Shown here: piece after piece, positions 39,004 through 47,148 of the stretch | Numbering within the stretch: the first letter of the stretch is position 1 | How the letters are laid out: each line of letters opens with the position of its first letter | DNA from: Syntrophomonadaceae bacterium | GTDB lineage: Bacteria > Bacillota > Dethiobacteria > DTU022 | DNA length: 51,611 nt | Assembly (NCBI GenBank): GCA_007129055.1 | Contig: SKWE01000069.1 | Location: 1 to 51,611 of the forward strand | Direction: 5' to 3' | Position numbers and translations under genes: made by a program | The notes under the pieces: model-generated | The model's database searches: none | The model's input: the letters and a program-made list of their open reading frames with translations, nothing else | What the model was told of the DNA's origin: nothing

Positions 39004-40350
39004 CTATTCGTATGCTTTATTAAGCCGCTCTTCGGCAATACTCATAGCTTTTTCCTTATCTTCAAGATTCCCGTACCTGTTAACAACTTCTATGCTTTCC
39101 CGGTAAATGTTTTTTAATCGCTCTACACGGTTTTCACTAAGATTATACTCTTCCGGTGGTGCATTTAAAACTACAGAAAGAGGGAGGACCCTGTGGCGCC
39201 AATCGCGATGGACCCAGGTTATCTCGTAATCCAGATCACTAATCCAGGCATCGCCTATATCGTAATTTTTGGTTATGTTTATATCGAGCAGAAGCCCAAA
39301 TTCAACGTATGGCGTGTTATTAGCAGCCTCATGCTGGTTAGAAATAAAGTTTCCCTGCGAATAAATAGCAAGAGTAGCTCTTTCATTACCGTTTTCATCC
39401 TCATTGAAAAACCATTCTATAGGTTGAATATACTTGGGATGTCCGCCAATTACAAGGTCTGCACCTGCAGCAGCAAATTCTTCAGCAACCTGGCGTAACC
39501 GCTGAGGCTGCGGTTCATGTGCATGCTCAGCAGATCCCCAGTGGGGAAATACGGCAATAATATCAGCCCCCGCCTGGCGCGCAGTTTGAATATCATTTAA
39601 TACAGGAGTTATATCATTAAAATCTGTAGCAAGATTGACACAATATTCATGACCAGGTGGCACCGGAATTCCATTCGTCCCGTAAGTATAACCGATAAAT
39701 GCAACGCTAATTCCATTATGTTCGAGAATTAAAGGTGTGTCGCGTTCTTCCATACTTTTATAAGCGCCAAAGGTATGGGCGCCAAGACCGCGGACATGAT
39801 CCAGGGTGATTTTTAAGCCTTCCAGGCCGCGATCCAGGGCATGGTTGTTTGCGAAGGTAAATACATTAACTCCCGCCTCGTAAAGCGCTTCAGACAGTTC
39901 ATCCGGTGCATTGAACTCTGGAAATCCTGTATAACCCCTCACGCCCCAGCCGGCGGAAACTACATCAGGGCCAGCCTGCATACCTTCCAGGTCAGTTACG
40001 GTAAAATCACCGGACTGCAAGTATGGAGCTATTACTTCAAAACTGGGACTGAAATCATACTTGCCGTCACCAATATGAGCCTGCTCAATTTGCGGTATAT
40101 GAGCCATAACGTTTCCGGTTAAAACTAACTTCAGATCTCTTATATCAGGCTCCGGTTCGGGCTCTTCTTCAATTATATCAGGTTCTGAATCTGTCAAATC
40201 CTGCTCATCTAAACCATTGTCGTTTAACAGTACAGCTAAAACCCAGTCAGTGACGGTGTCAGGCGGGTAGGCGTCCCCAGTTATGGCCCCGACAAAGAAA
40301 GAAAGTGAAACCAGTAATATGAATAGTATAATAAAGTGTATGCGTCGCAA
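39004..40350 (-). CDS. CapA/PgsA-family metallophosphatase-fold protein, membrane-anchored
   Basis: N-terminal TM anchor, an acidic linker (EEEPEPEPD), then a PGA_cap-like domain (GN...H, ANNHALD, PHWG.E, GGHPK). Confidence 0.8.
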   Translation of the reverse strand: MRRIHFIILFILLVSLSFFVGAITGDAYPPDTVTDWVLAVLLNDNGLDEQDLTDSEPDIIEEEPEPEPDIRDLKLVLTGNVMAHIPQIEQAHIGDGKYDFSPSFEVIAPYLQSGDFTVTDLEGMQAGPDVVSAGWGVRGYTGFPEFNAPDELSEALYEAGVNVFTFANNHALDRGLEGLKITLDHVRGLGAHTFGAYKSMEERDTPLILEHNGISVAFIGYTYGTNGIPVPPGHEYCVNLATDFNDITPVLNDIQTARQAGADIIAVFPHWGSAEHAHEPQPQRLRQVAEEFAAAGADLVIGGHPKYIQPIEWFFNEDENGNERATLAIYSQGNFISNQHEAANNTPYVEFGLLLDINITKNYDIGDAWISDLDYEITWVHRDWRHRVLPLSVVLNAPPEEYNLSENRVERLKNIYRESIEVVNRYGNLEDKEKAMSIAEERLNKAYE

Positions 40351-40471
40351 TTAATTCACCATCCTGCCATAGTATTTATGTCTCTACATAATTAGAGCCA
40401 GAAGTAAAGGTGCATAATATGCTTCCGGCAATAAATATTCTTACTACGATTATAACATTTAAGGTGTTTTC

Positions 40472-41395
40472 TTACCAATCGAAGAGCCAAATAAGAGATG
40501 ATTGCAGCCAGGGCCATTGTGCGCCTTCTTCGCCGTGCAGGTTGAATTCTGGTGATTGAGCGGAATAGCCGCCGAGTTCAGGATGCGGTCCAAAAAGAAG
40601 GTATTTGCCCTCTCCATAGCGACCGGCTATAACAGCAGGCTGATTATTGACTACATAACTGGCTATAATTTCTACTGAAGCGGTTTCATCTATATCAAAA
40701 TATGGGCCATCAAAATAATAGATGTCTAGCGTTTGATTAAAGCTTTCGTTTACAGGGTGACCCGGTGTAAGTTGAAAGCCGGTGACATCTCCCCAGTTAA
40801 CTTGGCCGGCAAGGGGGCCAATTCCCCTGCCATCGTAAAAACCCAGGGGGTATTGATAATCAGTTCCATGCCAGGTTAGAATATCTGAAGCATAGTAGGC
40901 ACCGGCACAGGTTCCAATGAAAATACCGCCTTCTTTTACAAAATAAATCAGATTATCATGGTTGGGTATTAAATTTTTATATTCAGCAGCAAAGCCTCCA
41001 GGAAAGATAATGGCATCGATCTTGCCTGCCAGGTCCATATTACCCATATCTTTTTCATCAACCAGGATCCAGGTATATTCATAGAAATCGAAAAAGTTTA
41101 TAAAAGCTTCAACATTTACATCCCAGCTGCCGACTCCGCTATAAATACCAATTTTTGGCAATTCAGCGAGAGTATTGTCGTCAGGTTCGTCATTGTTAAT
41201 ATCCAAGCCATTGCCGGAATAATCCTCACCGTTTTCAACAGGGTGGTAGAAGTCTGTTTGGTCATCAATTTCTGAGTCATTTTGTGTAAAATCGTCTTCA
41301 GGCAATAAAGCACAGGAAGATAAGCTTAATGTGGTGATTAACAGCAGCGATGCAATAGATAACAAAAAACAGTTAGGTTTGGTTTTAAAATACAA
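40472..41395 (-). CDS. Lipoprotein with BPL_N / class-I glutamine-amidotransferase-like domain
   Basis: GGAGG RBS followed by TTG at 41395 gives MYFKTKPNCFLLSIASLLLITTLSLSSC (lipobox). The domain has IIFPGGFA...FVKEGGIFIGTCAGAYYAS. The ORF track starts at 41437. Confidence 0.7.
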   Translation of the reverse strand: MYFKTKPNCFLLSIASLLLITTLSLSSCALLPEDDFTQNDSEIDDQTDFYHPVENGEDYSGNGLDINNDEPDDNTLAELPKIGIYSGVGSWDVNVEAFINFFDFYEYTWILVDEKDMGNMDLAGKIDAIIFPGGFAAEYKNLIPNHDNLIYFVKEGGIFIGTCAGAYYASDILTWHGTDYQYPLGFYDGRGIGPLAGQVNWGDVTGFQLTPGHPVNESFNQTLDIYYFDGPYFDIDETASVEIIASYVVNNQPAVIAGRYGEGKYLLFGPHPELGGYSAQSPEFNLHGEEGAQWPWLQSSLIWLFDW

Positions 41396-41598
41396 AAGTA
41401 AACCTCCAGTGAATAAGTTACATAAATTATAACACACATGAAATAGTAAGGAAGTATAGTACCAGGGTTAGATACTAATGAATAAAAGACTGAACTACGG
41501 GACTGAACACCATCTAAAGGAAATACAGCAATTAGTTTACATAAGATGTATTATCGGAAGTAATATCTCTAACAAAATATAAAACCTCTTCCCTCACT

Positions 41599-42663
41599 CT
41601 AAACATTTTTACCCCAATGCCTGAGGATTGCATTAAACGATGCTCCGCACCTTGGGCAATCTCCCTGGTAGCGAAGTATGTAATTGCATTGGCTGCACTT
41701 TATCGGTGGTATTTTAATTCTGTCTGTATCACTCTTTTCTGTAGTAATTGTAACTTTTGGTTCATTTACATTATCGTACACGTTAGCTGATGACCTGTCT
41801 TGAATATGGTTATCATCTACCGGGGCTGTATTATCTTTACTTAGCTCTTCCCTGCTAGGTTTATTATCATCTGGGCAGCTGCTACCCGGCTGTGACTGTT
41901 GATCCTTCATCTTTTCGATACCACCTTCCCCTTCATTCAGGATACTCTTATCAGGACACGCATCAACTGCTATCTTCGGTTTAGTTGCGTTCGCACTATT
42001 ACTTATCATGTCTGAAGTATTTCTTTTACTGTAAATAAAATCCAGGCTCTGCTGCTGGCCTGAAGAAACTGGCATCCCGCTTCTTTTATAGTTATCCTCA
42101 TTTATACCAGGGCCTTTTATGTCCTCGAACAAAAGTTTGGCATAAGCCTGGGTAGCAGCAGAATCACGATGTCCCAGGGCTTCCTGCAGCAGGCTGATAT
42201 CCTTTACTTCGCGCATAAAATCAACCGCAAATGTGTAACGCAAAAGATGAGGGTAAACATCTTTATTTATGCCTGCTTTGGATGAGAGACGCTTAATCAT
42301 TTCCCGTATGTAACGATCCTTAAGCTTTCCTCCATCTAATGTACAAAATAGATAACTGCTGCCGGCCGGTTTAATATTCAACCAGCCTTTTAAAATATTC
42401 AACTCCGCCGGATCCAGCCACAAAATTCGTTCCTGCGCGGCCCCACTCTCCCTGACATGAAGCCTGCCTCTTGACCAGTCTATGTCACTGTCTTTTAGAT
42501 TAATTACTTCACTAACCCTCAGCCCCAGTTTAAGCATTAAACTGATAATACACAAATTTCTTAGTCCCGTTGGAGCTTTGGGGTTAGGTTGTTTGAGCAA
42601 CACCATCTGCTCATAACTGTTTAAAACAGCAGGCATTCTTTTTGAGCTACCCAAATTATTCAC
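41599..42663 (-). CDS. Atypical tyrosine recombinase: catalytic domain only, a long low-complexity linker and a C-terminal zinc ribbon
   Basis: Candidate catalytic residues are all visible: R (GLRVSE), K (GGKLK), HxxR (HLLRYTF), H (LGHRD), Y (TQAYAKL). The C-terminus has CSQCNYILRYQGDCPRCG. No N-terminal core-binding domain is present. Confidence 0.75.
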   Translation of the reverse strand: MNNLGSSKRMPAVLNSYEQMVLLKQPNPKAPTGLRNLCIISLMLKLGLRVSEVINLKDSDIDWSRGRLHVRESGAAQERILWLDPAELNILKGWLNIKPAGSSYLFCTLDGGKLKDRYIREMIKRLSSKAGINKDVYPHLLRYTFAVDFMREVKDISLLQEALGHRDSAATQAYAKLLFEDIKGPGINEDNYKRSGMPVSSGQQQSLDFIYSKRNTSDMISNSANATKPKIAVDACPDKSILNEGEGGIEKMKDQQSQPGSSCPDDNKPSREELSKDNTAPVDDNHIQDRSSANVYDNVNEPKVTITTEKSDTDRIKIPPIKCSQCNYILRYQGDCPRCGASFNAILRHWGKNV

Positions 42664-42840
42664 CCATTAAATACCATAATTAACCATAACGGTAGTCAAA
42701 ATAAATTGCGGAATTATGTATATATTCTGAATGAAAACGTCAGGTTTGTCAAGTAATACCGCTATATCGAATATAAACTTCCGAATTATGGTCAAAAGGA
42801 TATCTAACGCAACAAATTGAAGCAGTGACGTAAAATATAG

Positions 42841-42868
42841 CTTGACAAGCCACAACTTATCAGATAAT
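42841..42868 (+). promoter_or_regulatory. Possible promoter of the leuA T-box leader (TTGACA-15-GATAAT)
   Basis: The hexamers are good but the spacing is only 15 nt, so the call is low confidence. Confidence 0.3.
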
Positions 42869-42928
42869 CTTACTTCTAAGTTAATAATATAAAAGCAATG
42901 CGCGGAACCAGTAACAGGTGAATACATT

Positions 42929-43134
42929 TGCAGAGAACCGCTGGTTGGTGGAAAGTGGTATGGGATAACCTGTGAACTCCTCCGTAAGCTGCCGTCTGAA
43001 CCTGAATTGATAAATCAATAGTAGGACTGGCCGGAAACTTTCCGTTAACTTGAAGAGTGGGTGGTAGAATTTATGCTGCCAAGAAGAGTGGTACCACGGA
43101 AATAAGCTTTCGTCTCTTGGGCGGAAGTTTTTTT
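42929..43134 (+). promoter_or_regulatory. T-box riboswitch leader, probable Leu (CUC) specifier, with terminator
   Basis: AGAGA box, GGUGGAAAG distal loop, GAA-CUC specifier context, F-box CCGTTA, T-box AAGAGTGGTACCACGG, then CTTTCG...CGGAAG followed by T7. Confidence 0.8.
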
Positions 43135-43146
43135 ATTGTATAATGA

Positions 43147-44712
43147 ATGCTAATTCGAAACGGAGTGGTGAATACAGTGAGTACAAACACTGAAGCAAGC
43201 AAAATATTTTTATTTGACAGCACATTACGGGACGGTGAACAAACACCCGGCGCCCGACTAAATCACGATGAAAAATTGGAAGTTGCCCGTCAACTGGCCC
43301 GTCTGGGAGTTGATATTATTGAAGCCGGATTTCCCGTCTCTTCACCCGGTGAATTAAGGGCTGTAAATGACATAGCCCGGGAGGTTAAAGGCCCTGTTAT
43401 TTGCGGATTGGCAAGAGCTGTCCAGGGCGATATCGATGCTGCCTGGGAAGCTGTAAAAGACGCTGAAAGACCTCGAATCCATGTATTTCTGGGAGCATCT
43501 GATATACACATGGAACATAAGCTGCGAAAAGATCCTGCCTTACTGCTGGAACAGGGTGTAGAAGCAGTGAAATATGCACGAAAGTTTACCGATGATGTTG
43601 AATATTCTCCCGAGGATGCAACCAGGGCACGGGATGAATACCTTTATGAACTCCTGGAAGCGGTAATTAAAGCCGGCGCAACCACAATAAATATTCCAGA
43701 TACAGTCGGTTATGCAGTACCCGAAGAATTTGGGGCGTTAATCAGGCGTTTACGCGAAAATGTTAGCGGTATGGATAAAGTTACCCTGAGTGTACACTGT
43801 CACAATGATCTCGGCATGGCAGTGGCAAATTCACTCGAGGCTATTAAAAATGGCGCCAGGCAGGTTGAGTGTAACATTAACGGTATCGGTGAAAGAGCCG
43901 GCAATGCAGCGCTTGAGGAAATTGCTGTAGCGCTGCGCATCCGGCAAAACCACTTCCCTTATTATACTGGTATTAATTTTTCTGAAATTTACAGGACAAG
44001 CCGCCTGGTCAGTAAACTAACCGGGATATCTATTCCTTCAAATAAAGCCGTAGTTGGTTTGAATGCTTTTTCACATTCCTCAGGCATACACCAGGATGGT
44101 ATCCTGAAAAATAAGGAAACATATGAAATAATTGACGCAGAGTTTATTGGTGGTAAAGCAGCGCAGATGTGCCTGACAGCACGTTCTGGACGTCACGCAG
44201 TGCTGGATCAGCTAAAACAATTAAATTACTCTTTAAACGAAGGACAGCTGGAAACTATCTATGAGCATTTTGTAAATCTTGCCGATAAGAAAAAGGAAGT
44301 TTACCCGGAAGACATTGAAGCGCTAGTTTTGGATCACCTTTCCTTTGCCGAGCCAAGGTACAGGCTTGATTACCTGCAGACTATAAGCGGAAGTAAAAGT
44401 ATTCCCGCTGCTGTTATCCGTTTAAAGAAAGAAGACGACAGCATTGTAGAAGAAGTGGCTGTTGGAGCAGGCCCTATAGATGCAGCTTACAACGCAATTA
44501 ATAAGATAACTGGCCTAAGCATAGGCCTGGAAAAATACCGGATTAATGCTGTCACACATGGGCGCGACGCCCTTGGGGAAGTCCAGGTTGAAATGTCTTA
44601 CCAGGACAGAACTATCAGCGGCCGTGGGACTAGCACGGATATTATCGAGGCCAGTGTGAAGGCATACCTTAACGGTCTGAACAAACTTCTTAAAATGAAC
44701 GGTTATAGCTAG
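43147..44712 (+). CDS. leuA: 2-isopropylmalate synthase
   Basis: FDSTLRDGEQ, HCHNDLGMAVANS and a C-terminal LeuA dimerisation/regulatory domain. A GGAGTGGTG RBS suggests the real start is the GTG at 43177. Confidence 0.9.
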   Translation: MLIRNGVVNTVSTNTEASKIFLFDSTLRDGEQTPGARLNHDEKLEVARQLARLGVDIIEAGFPVSSPGELRAVNDIAREVKGPVICGLARAVQGDIDAAWEAVKDAERPRIHVFLGASDIHMEHKLRKDPALLLEQGVEAVKYARKFTDDVEYSPEDATRARDEYLYELLEAVIKAGATTINIPDTVGYAVPEEFGALIRRLRENVSGMDKVTLSVHCHNDLGMAVANSLEAIKNGARQVECNINGIGERAGNAALEEIAVALRIRQNHFPYYTGINFSEIYRTSRLVSKLTGISIPSNKAVVGLNAFSHSSGIHQDGILKNKETYEIIDAEFIGGKAAQMCLTARSGRHAVLDQLKQLNYSLNEGQLETIYEHFVNLADKKKEVYPEDIEALVLDHLSFAEPRYRLDYLQTISGSKSIPAAVIRLKKEDDSIVEEVAVGAGPIDAAYNAINKITGLSIGLEKYRINAVTHGRDALGEVQVEMSYQDRTISGRGTSTDIIEASVKAYLNGLNKLLKMNGYS

Positions 44713-44729
44713 AATTTACTGAAATAAGC

Positions 44730-44767
44730 AAACAACAGTTTAATTTTAATATTTTATATGTTATAAT
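44730..44767 (+). promoter_or_regulatory. lexA promoter region with a degenerate palindrome AAACAACAGTTT and a TATAAT -10 element
   Basis: AAAC-N4-GTTT at 44730-44741 overlaps a possible -35 element. ATATGTT-ATAAT lies at about 44755-44767. Confidence 0.3.
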
Positions 44768-44803
44768 TATTTTCAATCAGGTAGCTGAAGAAAGGGTGAT
44801 TCT

Positions 44804-45412
44804 TTGGAACCGTTAACTGAGAAACAAAAGAAAGTATTGAAATATATTGAAGATGAAGTTGCGCGCTGTAACTACCCTCCTTCAGTAAGGGAAATCGGAA
44901 GAGCTTTGGGAATCAGTTCTACCGCTACCGTTCACAGTCACCTTGACATACTTGAAAGAAAAGGATATATTTCTAAACTTGCTACAAAACCCAGGGCAAT
45001 AAAGATACTCAGGGATTCCGAGGGAGTGCCTGAAAAAAAATGCTCCTACGTTCCGCTGGTAGGTAGAATTACTGCCGGATTACCCATTTTAGCTGATGAG
45101 CATAAAGAAGGTTATTTTCCAGTTCCCGAATATCTATCTTCAGGCGAAGATTGCTTTGCCTTGAAAGTGATTGGCGAAAGTATGATAGGTGCCGGAATCT
45201 TTGATGGAGACTATGTTATTGTCAGGCAGCAGAGAAATGCAGATAATGGTGACATTGTAGCAGTATTACTGGAAGATGAAGCAACCGTAAAGAGATTTTA
45301 TAAAGAGAAAGATATGTTTCGTTTGCAGCCAGAAAATGATTCTTTTATACCGATGATGGTCAATGATGTTAACATACTGGGCAAAGTTATCGGCCTGTTT
45401 CGAAAAATGTGA
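44804..45412 (+). CDS. lexA: LexA repressor
   Basis: N-terminal wHTH (PSVREIGRALGISSTATVHSHL), Ala-Gly cleavage site (RITAGLP), Ser/Lys dyad (GESM...VKRF). Confidence 0.93.
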   Translation: MEPLTEKQKKVLKYIEDEVARCNYPPSVREIGRALGISSTATVHSHLDILERKGYISKLATKPRAIKILRDSEGVPEKKCSYVPLVGRITAGLPILADEHKEGYFPVPEYLSSGEDCFALKVIGESMIGAGIFDGDYVIVRQQRNADNGDIVAVLLEDEATVKRFYKEKDMFRLQPENDSFIPMMVNDVNILGKVIGLFRKM

Positions 45413-45430
45413 TTTAGCCTGTCCTATTTA

Positions 45431-46711
45431 TTATCCATCTTCATCCTTCCCCGGTTTTTTAGTATATGCTTCGTAACGGGCCAGTGTTTCCCGGTCTAGT
45501 ATAGTTTTAACCTCAAGGTATTCATCCCCGTAGTTAAGAGTCTCTATATCGCTGTATTTTTGAAGTTCAGATATAATCTTCCCTTTACTGTATGGGATAA
45601 ACAGTCTAACTGAGCAGCGTTTAACCATTATTGCAGCTGAAATGGCTTCTTTTAAATCTTCCATGCCACTGCCTGTCAGTCCGGAAATATAAAGGGCATT
45701 TGGATATTCCCTGTCATGGAATTGTTTTGCCGGGTTTTCATTAATTACATCTATTTTATTAAAGACCAGAAGCTCCTTTTCATGATAATCGGGAACCAGT
45801 TTTGCAAGGTGCTGGCGAACCACCGAAACATGGTTATTATAATCTGGATGGCTTAAATCAACGATGTGCAGTATAATATCTGCTGCAGAAATCTCCTCTA
45901 GTGTGGCCCGAAAAGCAGATACAAGTTGGTGCGGCAAATTTTCAATAAAGCCTACAGTATCAGTGAATAGCACCTCAGTGCGATCATTTAGTGTTCCCCT
46001 GCGTACCATTGGGTCGAGGGTTGCAAAAAGTTTGTCTTCCGTGTAAAGGTCGGATCCTGTCAACTGGTTTAATAGTGTTGATTTACCTGCATTAGTGTAA
46101 CCGACCAGGCTAACGACTATACAGCGATTTCTTTTTCGTCTCTGTCTTTGCAGCTGCCTCTGTTTACGTAAAAGGCTGATCTCCTTTTTCAAATCACTTA
46201 TTCTACGTCTGATAACCCTGCGGTCTACTTCAAGTTGAGTTTCGCCGGGTCCCCTTGTTCCTATACCTCCTCCCAATCTCGATAGCTGGTTGCCCAAACC
46301 AATTAACCTGGGTAAGAGGTACTGCATTTGAGCCAATTCAACCTGCAGCTTCCCTTCCCGTGATAATGCGCGGCGGGCAAATATATCAAGAATCAGGGCG
46401 GTCCTGTCAATAACTTTTAGATTGATCAGGCGGTCAAGGTTTCTGAGCTGTGAAGGAGAAAGTTCGTCATTGAAAATAACAAGGCCCGCCCCTCTCATTT
46501 CTGCAAGCGCCGCCACCTCTTCAGCCTTTCCCTTGCCAATATAATATGCCGGATCTCTTCTTTCTCTTTTTTGGACTATTATCTCCAGCGTATCTGCTCC
46601 TGCAGTATCAGCCAGCAAGGCAAGTTCGTTTAAAGATATTTCAATATCAGTCTGGCTGTTTTGCAGGTCAAGTCCTACAAGTAGAGCTTTTTCCCGTTCT
46701 ATTAGATCCAC
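45431..46711 (-). CDS. hflX: GTPase HflX
   Basis: HflX N-terminal domain, G domain GYTNAGKSTLLN/DTVGF/NKID. GTG start. Confidence 0.92.
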   Translation of the reverse strand: MDLIEREKALLVGLDLQNSQTDIEISLNELALLADTAGADTLEIIVQKRERRDPAYYIGKGKAEEVAALAEMRGAGLVIFNDELSPSQLRNLDRLINLKVIDRTALILDIFARRALSREGKLQVELAQMQYLLPRLIGLGNQLSRLGGGIGTRGPGETQLEVDRRVIRRRISDLKKEISLLRKQRQLQRQRRKRNRCIVVSLVGYTNAGKSTLLNQLTGSDLYTEDKLFATLDPMVRRGTLNDRTEVLFTDTVGFIENLPHQLVSAFRATLEEISAADIILHIVDLSHPDYNNHVSVVRQHLAKLVPDYHEKELLVFNKIDVINENPAKQFHDREYPNALYISGLTGSGMEDLKEAISAAIMVKRCSVRLFIPYSKGKIISELQKYSDIETLNYGDEYLEVKTILDRETLARYEAYTKKPGKDEDG

Positions 46712-46791
46712 CTTCTTTATATGTACCTGGGCATAACAGTTAATAAACCGGCAGTTTCCTGAATAATAAGAATATGAACTCTGCAGGAAGA

Positions 46792-46820
46792 TAAAAAAGG
46801 CACTTAAAAGCCAAGTGCCC
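46792..46820 (-). terminator. Intrinsic terminator after hfq
   Basis: Minus strand reads GGCACTT-GGCTTTT-AAGTGCC followed by T6. Confidence 0.75.
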
Positions 46821-46844
46821 TTTATGATCTATGATCCAGCTAAT

Positions 46845-47114
46845 TTATTCCGCATTATCGGCAGAACCCTGGTGCTCCTCTGCGTCTTCATCTGATGCCC
46901 TGAGGTTAATGTTGCGCATTGGTATAATTGTAGATACTGCGTGCTTATATACGAGTTGTTGCTTCCCCTCTACTTCCAGCATCAAGGTAAAGTTGTCAAA
47001 GCTGCGAACAACTCCTTTGATCTGGTAGCCGTTAACCAAAAAAACGGTAGTTAACATATTTTCTTTGCGAGCCTGGTTAAGAAAAGTATCCTGTAAATTT
47101 ATTGCGCCTTTCAT
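46845..47114 (-). CDS. hfq: RNA chaperone Hfq
   Basis: Sm motifs [12 protein letters not shown]...[23 protein letters not shown]...YKHAVSTI, plus an acidic C-terminal tail. Confidence 0.93.
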   Translation of the reverse strand: MKGAINLQDTFLNQARKENMLTTVFLVNGYQIKGVVRSFDNFTLMLEVEGKQQLVYKHAVSTIIPMRNINLRASDEDAEEHQGSADNAE

Positions 47115-47148
47115 CTATCGGGCTCCCTTCTGGTCTATTTCTATAAAG

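Noticed and set aside
41418-41562. The short repeats TTACATAA (twice) and GGAAGTA (twice) as inverted or direct repeats of an invertible promoter next to the recombinase
   Set aside because: The repeats are direct rather than inverted, only 7-8 nt long, unequally spaced, and expected by chance in AT-rich DNA. I found no convincing inverted-repeat pair flanking either spacer.
37750-42663. The GT4-CapA-lipoprotein-recombinase block as an integrated mobile island or prophage remnant
   Set aside because: I found no tRNA or tmRNA target, no flanking direct repeats, and no phage, transposase or conjugation genes. The recombinase lacks its normal DNA-binding arm. I therefore treat it as an accessory envelope locus, not a mobile element.
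42667-42927. 86-aa minus-strand ORF upstream of the recombinase gene
   Set aside because: Its composition looks like translated AT-rich DNA (Ile/Leu/Phe/Tyr-rich) and there is no RBS. It covers the promoter region of the T-box leader, so it is more likely non-coding regulatory DNA.
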